Virus record (IMG/VR): IMGVR_UViG_3300005200_000008
Location: 1-64,000 of that record
Source: a virus
Lineage: Duplodnaviria > Caudoviricetes
Reading direction: 5' to 3' (one strand)
DNA length: 64,000 nt
Part shown: positions 1-9,613 of the stretch, piece by piece
Numbering within the stretch: position 1 is the stretch's first letter
How the letters are laid out: each line of letters opens with the position of its first letter
Made by a program: the position numbers and the translations under genes
Notes under the pieces: generated by a model
Database searches by the model: none
What the model was told of the DNA's origin: nothing
Seen by the model: only the letters and a program-made list of their open reading frames with translations

Positions 1-384
1 CGTATTGGCAGATTCAATCATCTGGAGCGTCGCCTGCGCGTTGACCACTTTCAAAAAATCAACCAGGGAGAAAAACACCTTGCCAATGCCGTAACCTTCG
101 AGAGAAAGCGTTGTTACCGGCCTTCCCTCGGCGGTGCTGCCGTTGGGGAACCGGTCAACGGATACGATTTCCGCTTGGTTCATCTTCTCCAGACGGAAAT
201 TAAGCCGGAAAACCTTGCCCCTGTTGCTGACAATGTTATAGCCGATGAATTTCCCCCATATGTTTTTATATGCGTCGGGTATTGCGATTAAAGTGTATTT
301 TTCCCCTGTTTTCCTTGTCAGGATAAGCAGAAGTTTGCGAAGCATCCGTACAATTTTTTTGGAATCCCATTCAAGCAATCTCAT
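1..384 (-). CDS. Hypothetical protein, partial (runs off window start); probably virion-related
   Basis: Manually translated open frame MRLLEWDSKKIVRMLRK... from ATG 384 to base 1; GGAGG RBS; GCCTATTT motif at 406-413. Confidence 0.7.
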   Translation of the reverse strand, partial: MRLLEWDSKKIVRMLRKLLLILTRKTGEKYTLIAIPDAYKNIWGKFIGYNIVSNRGKVFRLNFRLEKMNQAEIVSVDRFPNGSTAEGRPVTTLSLEGYGIGKVFFSLVDFLKVVNAQATLQMIESANT

Positions 385-405
385 TTACATTTTCCTCCGT
401 CAATA

Positions 406-413
406 AAATAGGC
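406..413 (-). promoter_or_regulatory. Putative late promoter element GCCTATTT
   Basis: Recurrent motif upstream of virion genes. Confidence 0.55.
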
Positions 414-420
414 AGATAAA

Positions 421-1176
421 TTAACGCATTACCACTATTTTCGTCTTGCCTTCCCATTTCTCTTTTATTTTTTCATCAATCGCGTCTGCTCTACTGATAA
501 AAATTTCACCATTCATAGTAACGCCCGTACCGGCGTCCATCTGGCTCCGCAACATGCCGAAATAGCGGAGTGCGTGGGCTTTTGCAATGTCGATCACGTC
601 GCTTTCATGCTCGAACCGAACGTCTGCCCATTTATGGCTGCACCTCGCCCAAGTGACTATCAATTCGCCCCCGATAGTGGAATACCCCCTCAGCATTCTC
701 CCCTCGCGGTCGATTTCCATATTCCCCGCCTTGGAAAGGGTTATATAAGACGCATTCGCCGTTTCCTCGGCAAGCCTCACGCTGCGGGTGTAGTACGGGT
801 TATCGTATATATTGTCCCTGCCCCTGCTAACGCCGCGTATTGAACGGCTGTAAGTGTCCCTAAAAATGTTAAACTTTCCCGACGGAGAATTTACCGAACC
901 GTAAAGCGGTATCCTCGCCTGTAACACGCCGAACGTATCCTCAGTGGGGAACGGCACTTCAATCTTCACGTTCGGCTGGATGTTATGCTTTGTCTTATGC
1001 TGGTTCGGGTTGTAAGCGAAATACTTGGCCATAGCGGGATAAACAAAAAGTTCCAAAGCGTCCTGTTCGGTTATCCCCAGATCCTTAAAGTTGATAATCG
1101 GAAACCCGACCTCGGCGAGAATCCTGTGAATGATTTCTTTCGGTACTTCGGGAATTCCTTTGCTCGGCAAATCCAT
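421..1176 (-). CDS. Putative head-completion/neck protein
   Basis: 251 aa; downstream of major capsid gene; late motif 4 nt before ATG; function inferred from position only. Confidence 0.45.
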   Translation of the reverse strand: MDLPSKGIPEVPKEIIHRILAEVGFPIINFKDLGITEQDALELFVYPAMAKYFAYNPNQHKTKHNIQPNVKIEVPFPTEDTFGVLQARIPLYGSVNSPSGKFNIFRDTYSRSIRGVSRGRDNIYDNPYYTRSVRLAEETANASYITLSKAGNMEIDREGRMLRGYSTIGGELIVTWARCSHKWADVRFEHESDVIDIAKAHALRYFGMLRSQMDAGTGVTMNGEIFISRADAIDEKIKEKWEGKTKIVVMR

Positions 1177-1180
1177 ATAA

Positions 1181-1188
1181 TAATAGGC
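1181..1188 (-). promoter_or_regulatory. Putative late promoter element GCCTATTA
   Basis: GCCTATTA-ttat-ATG(1176), no RBS in between. Confidence 0.55.
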
Positions 1189-1197
1189 TGGAATTCT

Positions 1198-1497
1198 TTA
1201 TTTCTTGGTAAGGGAAGGAATCGCGCTGGTAAGCCGCCTGAGCGCCCTACGCAGGGCTTGAATATCCCCGACATCCAGAGAGGAAGCCTGATCAACCATG
1301 AGTTCGGAACGGTATAATTCGGCATCTTTCCAGAACATTAAAAATGTTCTGTCAGCTTTTTGGTTAGTAACAAGCAGGCGTTTCATGTCATAACAAATGA
1401 CCGTATAGAATTCGCCCATTTTCATATTTTGCAATGAATACCGCAGGCGCATTTTTCTAAGGCGCACGATTACCGGTTTTATTTTACTTTGAATCAT
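1198..1497 (-). CDS. Hypothetical protein
   Basis: ORF track start 1515 overlaps the CGGAAGT motif (1505-1511); next ATG 1497 preferred. Confidence 0.6.
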   Translation of the reverse strand: MIQSKIKPVIVRLRKMRLRYSLQNMKMGEFYTVICYDMKRLLVTNQKADRTFLMFWKDAELYRSELMVDQASSLDVGDIQALRRALRRLTSAIPSLTKK

Positions 1498-1517
1498 AAT
1501 AATAACTTCCGGCAAAT

Positions 1518-1550
1518 AAAAGGGCTTCCCGATTCCGAGAAGCCCTTTTT
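1518..1550 (-). terminator. Intrinsic terminator after major capsid gene
   Basis: AAAAGGGCTTC...GAAGCCCTTTT stem with T-tract. Confidence 0.8.
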
Positions 1551-1561
1551 GTTTTCTGAAA

Positions 1562-3064
1562 CTAGGCGTTCTGAATTTTGATCAGGGTCGCGTAGTCGCG
1601 GTTCATGATCTGCATGTCCCCGTAAGACGCAACGCCGAATTCGGTCACGCGGTTCGCCCTCTGGAGTTTGTCGGTTACGTGCAACGGTACGAGAGTGCCG
1701 ATCATCAGGAACACGTCCTCCGGCAGTTCGGGGTTCTTGTACATACCGACCAGAGTGTCGGCGGGTACAATCATGTCGGGAGTACGGTAGATTTCGATAC
1801 CGTTCACCGTGCCGTAGTGGTAAACACCCTGCTGGCTCTGCGAACCGGGTACAAAGGCTTTGTGGCTCTTGAAAATCGAAGTCGCGTTCGTACCGCCGAA
1901 CAGACGGGTTATGCCGCCGCGAAGCAGTTTGTTGTAAATCGGGCTTCCCGCCTTGTCGATGTACCTGTCAATGACCTGAATGCGGTCAGATTCAGATTCG
2001 CCGACCGCTCCCTGAAGGTCGAACACGGTCGCGCCCGTAACGGTCGCGTTTCTTTTCGCCTGTTTGTAGCCCATGTGGAAGGCTTGGAAGTCAAGAGATT
2101 TCCGCAGTTCGTCGGCCATCGCCCTGAGATACGCTTCCTCGGCATCGATGTTGAGGGTCGTGCCGATAAGCAGTTCCGCTTTCTTGGTGAAAGACGCATA
2201 GATCGGGTATTCCCGAAGGGTGAAAGGCTGAGTGCGGAGGGCAAGGTCTACGTGCTGAGTAATCTCAAGGTCTTCGTCCTTTTCAAGGGCGACGCCCATT
2301 TCGATTTCAATCACGGAGTTGACGGCAGGCGCGGTGGCAAAAGTTACTTCCGCCTCGCCGGTATCCATGTTGACGGTGCCGGTAACGCCGTCGCCCTTCA
2401 GATTGCCGGAACCGTCATCGGTAGCGAAGTATTCGCCGTTCACGATAACGCGCACGGTAAAGCGGGAAACGGGAGCTACCTTCACATCGCTCGCCGAAAC
2501 GGTGAACGTCTTTAACGTGCCGTTGGGAGTCTCGTTGACCTCGTAGACATCAATGTCGGTCGCCGAACGGTAGTCGGAACTCTCGTACATGGTATCGCCC
2601 TTCTTGGCGCCGCGAAGGGTCTTTCCGTATTTGGGTTCGACCCAGTAGAACACGTCCCGGGCGGTGGTAAGACCCATCTCCCAGAAGCAGTCCTGCCGTG
2701 CGGTGTTCAGATAGCCCAGGCGCAATACGCGCAGGACGTTATCGGGCGTGGTATGGAAGGTTGAAGAAATCTGCGCTTCCGTAAGCGACGCAAGGTGCGC
2801 TTCCTGGTGTTTGATTACAAACGCAAGATTGCGTACCCGATCCGGCGCCTTTTTGTAGGCTTCTTCAAGGGACTTGCCCCCGAAGTTCGGCCTCTTTATA
2901 AGCTGTTCGACCAGCCTGTCGCCCTGCTGCCGGCGCTCGTGAATCTGCTGCTCTTTGAGTTCCTTGAATTGGCTTTCAGTTAAATTCCTCATAACGGTTC
3001 TCATAATGGTTACCTCGTTTTGTTCGTTTCTTTTTCGCGTCCCGTCCAACCAGCCGTTCGCCAT
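1562..3064 (-). CDS. Major capsid protein, T4 gp23-like (HK97 fold); start may be ATG 3004
   Basis: 500 aa; follows portal and protease; LxE maturation sites (NLTE, SLTE-AQ); C-terminal YRTPD...VGMYK...LIGTLVPL pattern; GAGGT RBS before 3004; followed by terminator. Confidence 0.85.
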   Translation of the reverse strand: MANGWLDGTRKRNEQNEVTIMRTVMRNLTESQFKELKEQQIHERRQQGDRLVEQLIKRPNFGGKSLEEAYKKAPDRVRNLAFVIKHQEAHLASLTEAQISSTFHTTPDNVLRVLRLGYLNTARQDCFWEMGLTTARDVFYWVEPKYGKTLRGAKKGDTMYESSDYRSATDIDVYEVNETPNGTLKTFTVSASDVKVAPVSRFTVRVIVNGEYFATDDGSGNLKGDGVTGTVNMDTGEAEVTFATAPAVNSVIEIEMGVALEKDEDLEITQHVDLALRTQPFTLREYPIYASFTKKAELLIGTTLNIDAEEAYLRAMADELRKSLDFQAFHMGYKQAKRNATVTGATVFDLQGAVGESESDRIQVIDRYIDKAGSPIYNKLLRGGITRLFGGTNATSIFKSHKAFVPGSQSQQGVYHYGTVNGIEIYRTPDMIVPADTLVGMYKNPELPEDVFLMIGTLVPLHVTDKLQRANRVTEFGVASYGDMQIMNRDYATLIKIQNA

Positions 3065-3104
3065 TCATTAGTTCCACGGCCAATTCCCTACAGGCGCAGG
3101 GATA

Positions 3105-4667
3105 TTACAAATACCCCTTCGGTATTCTCAGGTCAGGCTCCGGTATTTGGTTATCCTGACGCTTCTCTGAAATAGGCGTGCTTAAATCAGAAACTGCCCC
3201 GGTTTCTTCCAAGCGTTTTGCTTCCTCGTGGAATTGCATTTTTTGAAGCACAAGCAGTTGCGCTTCAAAGAGGGTTCTCTTTTTCAGGAATTCGTCTTTG
3301 TATTCCATGAATTCGGGATGCAGGCTGCTGACGGTATCCCTGAAAAACTTGACCACTTCCGGATTCGCGTTTTTGATTTTTTCCTGTTCGGCTTCAAACG
3401 CCCTGCGTTTTTCATCCAAAGTTTTCTGTTCGTTAAGTTTCCGCTGCCTGCGTTCTGACAGTTCCCTCGCGGTGTTTGCCTTTGTTTCCGCGTTTTTATT
3501 CTCTTGAAGTATCTTTTGAAGTTTTTCAGCCAGTTTTTTGTTGTAGCCTACGGCTTTCGCCAGCAATTTCTTCTGCTCCGCGTAACCGGCAAGCACTTTC
3601 TTTGTATATTTCTGCAAGGCAACGTAATCTTTGTAGGGAACGCTGTTCTGCCGATAGGAAGAAGCTTCGGTTAAAATCTTTTCCGTATTTTTTGAAAATT
3701 CGGAAGCCGAATCGAGGGTGTCGAGGGCTTCTTTAAGTTTGGCAGAAAGGTCGGCGTTTTCCTTGGTCAGCCGGGTAATTTCTTCCTGGTTTTCGGTAAG
3801 CGTGGCGGCGGTCACGTTTATTTTTTCATTCAGCGCCTCATACTGGGTGCCTTTCTCCATTTGCTCCTTGATGGCGGTATCGCAGGAAGCGACAATTTCC
3901 TCCAGACGGGGCTTTAACGTACCCAATTCGGATTCGTCGTACATTTCAAGGAGTTCTTTAGCCTTGCCGCGCCGCTCTTCGGGATTAGCAATACGGGAAA
4001 TTGATTCGCATACTTGCTGTAAAGTCGTTTCAACAATTTTTTTGATTTTGCGTTCGCTTAATTCCATCATTTTATTTTCCTTCCCTCCGGATTGTTCTTC
4101 TGTATGCTGAACAGCCTCGGTGACTTTATCATCAAGGCGGCCGAATACTTCGTAACTCGGTTCCATGACCCAATCGGCAACACGCTCAAGCTCGAATGAA
4201 TCAGGATCAACCGTGAAACCGTCGGATAAAAATTCGCCGAAGCCGGAGGAAGACAGCCCAATCTCGCCCCCCGCTTTCAGCACCCCTAAAGCCGTCCTTC
4301 CCCATTCGTTGTCAATGATGTAAAAGTCAGCTTCGACAAATTCTTTGCTTTCGTCGTAATTGACGTTTCTGGAAACCGCCCAAATGTTTTTCGGGTCTCC
4401 CGGGTCGTCTTCGGGCGGGTGGTTCATCAGCGCCAGCGTGGACTTGCCCCGCATACGCTCGATAACCAAATCCCAAAGTTTATAATCGTAAACCCTGCCG
4501 TTAAGGTTTTTTCTTCCCGGTCTGGTAAACTTGAACCTGTAAACGGCTAACGCTTCGTAGAGTTTTCCCTCATGCAAAACAGATTCTTTGAGGGAACCCT
4601 GCGTTTGGGATACTTTTTGATAAAACTGTGGGGATATGAGAACATTCTCAACCAGCCGTCGTTTCAT
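3105..4667 (-). CDS. Prohead protease (T4 gp21-like) fused to coiled-coil scaffold/core domain
   Basis: KNLNGRVY, LMNHPP, IGLSSSGFG, ADWVMEPS motifs in first ~175 aa; long K/E-rich coiled coil after. Confidence 0.85.
   Translation of the reverse strand: MKRRLVENVLISPQFYQKVSQTQGSLKESVLHEGKLYEALAVYRFKFTRPGRKNLNGRVYDYKLWDLVIERMRGKSTLALMNHPPEDDPGDPKNIWAVSRNVNYDESKEFVEADFYIIDNEWGRTALGVLKAGGEIGLSSSGFGEFLSDGFTVDPDSFELERVADWVMEPSYEVFGRLDDKVTEAVQHTEEQSGGKENKMMELSERKIKKIVETTLQQVCESISRIANPEERRGKAKELLEMYDESELGTLKPRLEEIVASCDTAIKEQMEKGTQYEALNEKINVTAATLTENQEEITRLTKENADLSAKLKEALDTLDSASEFSKNTEKILTEASSYRQNSVPYKDYVALQKYTKKVLAGYAEQKKLLAKAVGYNKKLAEKLQKILQENKNAETKANTARELSERRQRKLNEQKTLDEKRRAFEAEQEKIKNANPEVVKFFRDTVSSLHPEFMEYKDEFLKKRTLFEAQLLVLQKMQFHEEAKRLEETGAVSDLSTPISEKRQDNQIPEPDLRIPKGYL
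3170..3177 (-). promoter_or_regulatory. Putative late promoter for major capsid gene (inside protease 3' end)
   Basis: GCCTATTT about 110 nt upstream of 3064. Confidence 0.5.
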
Positions 4668-4671
4668 AACA

Positions 4672-4679
4672 AAATAGGC
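4672..4679 (-). promoter_or_regulatory. Putative late promoter element GCCTATTT
   Basis: GCCTATTT-tgtt-ATG(4667). Confidence 0.6.
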
Positions 4680-4701
4680 AAGAGGATTTAAAAATTACTT
4701 T

Positions 4702-6555
4702 TTATCTATCCCCTTCCTCCCTGAGCCTCTTTTCTTTTTGTTCTTTTTCCATACTCCAGAACATTTCTTTCAACGGCTTTGACTTAATGCCGGTTTCAAG
4801 GGCTAATTCCAATACCTGCTTCTGCATACGCATATCGTTCGTATTAATAAGGGAAGATCGGAAATGCTTGCCGTCTGCAACGCCTTCGGGGAAAAATTTG
4901 GAACTGGTTCTTATAATTTGCTCTCTAAATTGCTCCCTGACTTGGGGGGTATACCTGTTGGAAATCTTCTCGAACAGGCTGCCGTCAGTTTCGTCGTCTT
5001 CGGTTTCCTCCGGTTTTTCAGCTTCTGCGCGTTTCCGTTCCGCTTCAATGCCGTCTATCCACTTCACCAATCTTTCCTGCGGTATTGATGTCATAGTAGA
5101 AAATGCGTCTTTTATAATGTCAGAAGGTATATTTTCAACACCGATTAAGCTTTTCAGAGTATCTAGCGCCGAATTAGCCATATCGATTTCGTCTTTTCGT
5201 CTCTGCTGCCTTTCGGAGGTTTCTTCAATTACGGGGAATTCCATGATGAGTTCAAACGGCGTATCCCACCCTTGAAATTTATTCACGATGGTAAGGTGCA
5301 TTTTTATTTTAAGCGTAAGTTCTTTTATAAAATCAGACTGGTCGGCGTAAACGCCCCTGCCGAACGGTTTGAACTGCTGTAAAAGAGCTTGCCCGCTGTT
5401 GCCCCAACCGCCGGCATCGACAATAAGATACCCCTTCGGCACGCGGGTTGACATGATTTCGTTATCGCGCAGGTACTCTATGTCGGCGATTTTATCAAGG
5501 TCAATATCGCTTGATTTTTGATCAAATTCGGCAAGCTCCTTCGGCATAACCACTCTGGAACCGATAGAGGGCAGTTCTTTGCTGCCCCCAAAGAGGCCGG
5601 CGTTGTCAAGTTGCTCGACAAATTCCTCAACGGCTTCCCACTGCTCGGTCGGCGTCATGCCGGGCGAAGTCGCCACGCCGTAAAAATCGCGGGGAAACGA
5701 AGCAGCGCGGGCAACCTGCATGAGCGTCTGCGCCGCCATAAGTTGCTTGAATGTCGGCAGCGCGTTTATAAACCTGCTTCTCCCCCAGGGAGAGAATTCG
5801 CGCTGCATGGAAAAAGTCCTAAAATGGGTGATACTCCACGGCGGCACTACCACGCCGGAAGATAATTCAAACCCGAAAAGAAAAGTTTTAAAATATGAAA
5901 CGGGGTCTTCGGCGTTTTGGATAAGGTTCTGCATCAGCCGGTCAAGTTTCTGCCCCCGGGTGCCATGCTCATAACCGTTAGTGATATTATATTTTTCAAG
6001 GATTATCGAGGGGTTGAATTCCAGCCGGTCTCGAATATCCCAAACGGTAAGCGGGGTTACGCTTACAATGCCCTCTTTTTCGTCAATCTCGTTGCCGTCA
6101 AAAGCGTCGCCGTATACAACTTTGTTGTAAATGATTTCCCTGACGTTCTGTTGGGTATAACCCCACTGTTCAAGAAGGCTTTCAATGTAATTTTGAATTT
6201 CAGACTTCGCGTTTACCCGTATCGGCTGACCGCTATACTCGCACTGCACCGCCTCGTCAGCGTACAAATCAGCCGCCATTTGGATTACGGTGTCGTTTTT
6301 AATCATTAAATCAAGGTCAAGATAACGAAGCTCCCGATTTTTGAGGGTATCGCTGGTATCGATGGTTTCTCTAAGATACCAACTCCACAACTTTTGCAGG
6401 GTAGTATATTCGCCCTTCGTATCCCTTCCAATTCTGCTTTTACGTTCTTTACCGGCTTCGGGGGGAATGGGCTGCATACGGCCGTAGGAATTAACCCCGA
6501 CGTTATGCAAGTTCAGTAATTTAGATAAGAAGTTCTGATTGCTTTTATCAGCCAT
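4702..6555 (-). CDS. Portal protein, T4 gp20-like
   Basis: 617 aa; RYLDLDLM...IQMAADLYADEA, ITHFR, PWGRSRF, RVPKGYL motifs; portal-protease-MCP order. Confidence 0.85.
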   Translation of the reverse strand: MADKSNQNFLSKLLNLHNVGVNSYGRMQPIPPEAGKERKSRIGRDTKGEYTTLQKLWSWYLRETIDTSDTLKNRELRYLDLDLMIKNDTVIQMAADLYADEAVQCEYSGQPIRVNAKSEIQNYIESLLEQWGYTQQNVREIIYNKVVYGDAFDGNEIDEKEGIVSVTPLTVWDIRDRLEFNPSIILEKYNITNGYEHGTRGQKLDRLMQNLIQNAEDPVSYFKTFLFGFELSSGVVVPPWSITHFRTFSMQREFSPWGRSRFINALPTFKQLMAAQTLMQVARAASFPRDFYGVATSPGMTPTEQWEAVEEFVEQLDNAGLFGGSKELPSIGSRVVMPKELAEFDQKSSDIDLDKIADIEYLRDNEIMSTRVPKGYLIVDAGGWGNSGQALLQQFKPFGRGVYADQSDFIKELTLKIKMHLTIVNKFQGWDTPFELIMEFPVIEETSERQQRRKDEIDMANSALDTLKSLIGVENIPSDIIKDAFSTMTSIPQERLVKWIDGIEAERKRAEAEKPEETEDDETDGSLFEKISNRYTPQVREQFREQIIRTSSKFFPEGVADGKHFRSSLINTNDMRMQKQVLELALETGIKSKPLKEMFWSMEKEQKEKRLREEGDR

Positions 6556-6598
6556 ACCTTAATAGGTACAGACTGAAAAAACCTATAATTTTTATATA

Positions 6599-6832
6599 TT
6601 ATTCTCTTGAAATTGGGCTATCCCAAACAACCTTGACATCTGCTGAGTTAATAAACGGTTCAAAACCGCCCCCAGTCATTTTTCCAAGATTTCCACAGAG
6701 GCATTGAACTTCTTGATGAACGCTATAATCATCTTCAAGTTCTATATCATATTTTTTTCCGCATTTAGGGCATGGGTTTACATATATGGCTTTCATATAA
6801 AACATTATCATTATGTTACCTCTTTTCTTCAA
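6599..6832 (-). CDS. Hypothetical small Zn-finger protein
   Basis: CPKC...CLC; AT-rich. Confidence 0.5.
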   Translation of the reverse strand: MKKRGNIMIMFYMKAIYVNPCPKCGKKYDIELEDDYSVHQEVQCLCGNLGKMTGGGFEPFINSADVKVVWDSPISRE

Positions 6833-7110
6833 ATTATTTGTGTTGGTTTATAATGCGAGCATTTATAATCAAAGCCGTCACAAGGAAATGGTCGGGCAAT
6901 TTCATTACAGTTACTATGTCCTAAATAATTAATACATAAAAATAAATTACCTAAAGACTTAAAACCATCATTTTTTTCGTATGTTTTATTCTGTACATTT
7001 TGTACATATTGTACATATCCTATAAGATTTTTTGCTGTTTTGGGATCACATTCTATTCTAACATCAAGAAAATTGTTATTATATTCCATACGTTTAATTA
7101 CTGGCTTCAT
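6829..7110 (-). CDS. Hypothetical protein
   Basis: 93 aa, Cys-rich C-terminus, 4-nt overlap with neighbour. Confidence 0.55.
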   Translation of the reverse strand: MKPVIKRMEYNNNFLDVRIECDPKTAKNLIGYVQYVQNVQNKTYEKNDGFKSLGNLFLCINYLGHSNCNEIARPFPCDGFDYKCSHYKPTQII

Positions 7111-7265
7111 ATTTATTATTTTGTCACCTTGTTTCTACCACAAAATCAATAACCACAATATCTTTCGTCATTTCCAGGATTTTTCTATCATCGGCGCCCA
7201 TGTGTCGCAGGTATGATAAATAATTTTCATAGTCAGTACGGAGTACCGGTATTCTGGGAGTATAA

Positions 7266-7514
7266 TTATCCGGGGACATTTCGTTGTGCCTTCAAAAACT
7301 CAATAACCGATCCATTTACTATTATCGGCATTCCGAATTTTCCGTCACTGCCATGTTGAAAATTCTCTATCCACGCTCCGTCAGGCATTAGAATAAACTG
7401 GCAATAATCCAGTCTGTTTTTCATTCGTTCTTCTATGCAGTTTTTACCTATACAGCAGGTAGGACAGCCTCCTCCGCTCATTTTTGATTCAAAACAATCA
7501 ATTTTGATTTCCAC
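7266..7514 (-). CDS. Hypothetical protein
   Basis: 82 aa, GGAGG RBS, GTG start. Confidence 0.55.
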   Translation of the reverse strand: MEIKIDCFESKMSGGGCPTCCIGKNCIEERMKNRLDYCQFILMPDGAWIENFQHGSDGKFGMPIIVNGSVIEFLKAQRNVPG

Positions 7515-7575
7515 AATACCTCCAAATGTCCCATATTAGATAAAACAATCTACCCTTTCCATAACCCCTATAGAA

Positions 7576-7860
7576 TCAATCAAACCGACCACGACAATAA
7601 TTCGGGCAATCTGGATAATCTTCGCAATCCTTACATCGCATTTTAGCAGACCGTTGACGAATTTTCAATATATTAAATATATTAGTTCCTACCAAAATAA
7701 GATTTAAACCCATCACAATCCATAAAGAATTGATAATTGACCATAGAACTAACAATAATGCCGATAAACAAACAATCATGCGCGTAATTATATATCTATG
7801 ATACATGAATGATAAAACAATGCCGCAAACGCCAAGTCCGAATAACAACATCGCTTTCAT
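7576..7860 (-). CDS. Hypothetical membrane protein
   Basis: Hydrophobic segments; ATG 7860 with GGAAGG upstream; Cys-rich tail. Confidence 0.55.
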   Translation of the reverse strand: MKAMLLFGLGVCGIVLSFMYHRYIITRMIVCLSALLLVLWSIINSLWIVMGLNLILVGTNIFNILKIRQRSAKMRCKDCEDYPDCPNYCRGRFD

Positions 7861-7861
7861 A

Positions 7862-8038
7862 TTACCTTCCCTTAAACCCCTTACTAATAAGTTCTTTTTC
7901 AATTTTATCAAGGATTTTTCTAACATGCTTAATCAGTGCGTAATCATCCATAGAATAAAACACGCCCCAGATCCAAATGCCGGGGGCGTTATCCCTGCCT
8001 TGACCGTAAGACCAGTTATTTTTAACGTTTTTCGTCAT
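7862..8038 (-). CDS. Hypothetical 58-aa protein (not in ORF track)
   Basis: MTKNVKNNWSYGQGRDNAPGIWIWGVF...; ATGA overlap with recA stop. Confidence 0.5.
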   Translation of the reverse strand: MTKNVKNNWSYGQGRDNAPGIWIWGVFYSMDDYALIKHVRKILDKIEKELISKGFKGR

Positions 8039-9237
8039 CTTGATTTTGCCTTATCGTCAACACTCTCGTCATGTTCGGTATCGGTGTTGCCGGCAACAAA
8101 TTCGGATTCAAGTTTTTCCTGTTCGGCGATTACCTTTTCCATATCCTCCTCGCTGTCAACTTTTTCAGTGATAACGGTTTTCTTCGCCACCATTGCCACT
8201 TGAAGCCGTTTTTTCATATCTTCGTACAGGTCTGGAGTGGCTTTCAGATACTCCATAACTTCGCCGGAACCCTGTACTTTTTTCTGCGTACCGTCAAGAT
8301 TGGTAATGGTATACCATCCCGCCTTTGCTTTTTCGATAAACCCGTATTTCGCCCAGGCAGCGACATACTCATTCTCCAACTGATAGCCTTCGCCGAATAT
8401 AATCGACATATCGGCGGTACGGAACGGCGTTGCCAATTTATTCTTCTGCGTTTTCAAAATACAGTGGATGCCTTTCAGACCCTCGGCATTTTTTGCCTCG
8501 CCGATCCAGTCTCCCGATTTGGTCTGTATGCGGATAGATGCGTAAAACTTTAACGCATTACCGCCGGAAGTCGTAGTCGGCACTACGCCGGTAGGACTGA
8601 AACCGCCGATTTTGGTTCGTATTTGATTGGAGAAAACTATAGTCGCGGAATCGGATTTCATTTGCGAATGAAGTTTCCTGCAAGCCTGCGACATGAGTCT
8701 GGCTTGAAGCGCCACATGAGCGTCGCCTATATCGCCGTCAATTTCCGCTTGGGGGACAAGCGCGGCAACCGAATCAACCAGAATACAGTCAACCTGCCCG
8801 GATTCAAGCAGGTCTTCCAGAATGTTGAGCGCCTGCTCGCCGCTATCGGGTTGGGAAAAAATTATTTTGCTCATATCAAGCCCGAATGATTTTGCATACA
8901 CGGGATCGTATTGGTGTTCGGCATCGATAAACGCGACCACGCCGTAACGGTTCTTGTCTTCAAACCAGTGTTTCTGCACTTGGGCGGCAAGGTACGTCAG
9001 CAGGGAAGTTTTACCGCTGCTCTCAGGGCCGAAAACTTCAATCATCCTGCCCCTGGGGATTCCCTTCCCCAGAAGTTCGGTTATGGAGAACGAGTCTACC
9101 GGTATCCACTCGACAACCACCTGGCTGTCGCCGAACAGCGACAACGCTTCGGCGCCGTATTTTTTCTGCATGGTTTGAATCAGACTGTCTAACGACTTGC
9201 TTGTCTTGTCGGTTGTCTTTGTTTCTTTTTCTTTCAT
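8035..9237 (-). CDS. recA: RecA recombinase
   Basis: GPESSGKT Walker A, FIDAEH, VDSVAALVP, FSNQIR, TTSGGNALKFYASIR. Confidence 0.97.
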   Translation of the reverse strand: MKEKETKTTDKTSKSLDSLIQTMQKKYGAEALSLFGDSQVVVEWIPVDSFSITELLGKGIPRGRMIEVFGPESSGKTSLLTYLAAQVQKHWFEDKNRYGVVAFIDAEHQYDPVYAKSFGLDMSKIIFSQPDSGEQALNILEDLLESGQVDCILVDSVAALVPQAEIDGDIGDAHVALQARLMSQACRKLHSQMKSDSATIVFSNQIRTKIGGFSPTGVVPTTTSGGNALKFYASIRIQTKSGDWIGEAKNAEGLKGIHCILKTQKNKLATPFRTADMSIIFGEGYQLENEYVAAWAKYGFIEKAKAGWYTITNLDGTQKKVQGSGEVMEYLKATPDLYEDMKKRLQVAMVAKKTVITEKVDSEEDMEKVIAEQEKLESEFVAGNTDTEHDESVDDKAKSR

Positions 9238-9464
9238 TATTCGTCCCCTCTATGATATAATTGGCATTTAGCATCCGGAGAATAACCGGGTATGTTGAAC
9301 ACGCAGCCTAAACGTTTACGACCGGTAACGCTTTCCTCCTGGTTATGATGAAGACAGTTAAAGCAACATTTAACAGGTTTGCAATATGCCTCCAATATTT
9401 GATTATCAGTAGGTTTTCTCATTATCTCCCGCCTACATCGTTCCACATAGCGCCGTAACCGCAT
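9237..9464 (-). CDS. Hypothetical Cys-rich protein
   Basis: 75 aa, coupled to recA start. Confidence 0.45.
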   Translation of the reverse strand: MRLRRYVERCRREIMRKPTDNQILEAYCKPVKCCFNCLHHNQEESVTGRKRLGCVFNIPGYSPDAKCQLYHRGDE

Positions 9465-9610
9465 GAAAATCGAAACCCGTGTTTTACGTTCTTTCCAAAA
9501 GTTTTAAGGTTCGGATTATCGCATAATTTAACCCTGCTGCTTTCATTTACATCAACGCCGTACTTGCACTCGGAACAAGTCACTTTATTTGTTTTACATT
9601 TCCCGCTCAT
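9422..9610 (-). CDS. Hypothetical Cys-rich protein
   Basis: 62 aa CxxC. Confidence 0.5.
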   Translation of the reverse strand: MSGKCKTNKVTCSECKYGVDVNESSRVKLCDNPNLKTFGKNVKHGFRFSCGYGAMWNDVGGR

Positions 9611-9613
9611 ACT

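Noticed and set aside
1679-2515. Long antisense ORFs (also 12747..13382, 27661..28380, 31686..32327, 36679..37461, 42776..43471, 63476..63994)
   Set aside because: Shadows of well-supported genes on the opposite strand; no RBS or recognisable motifs.
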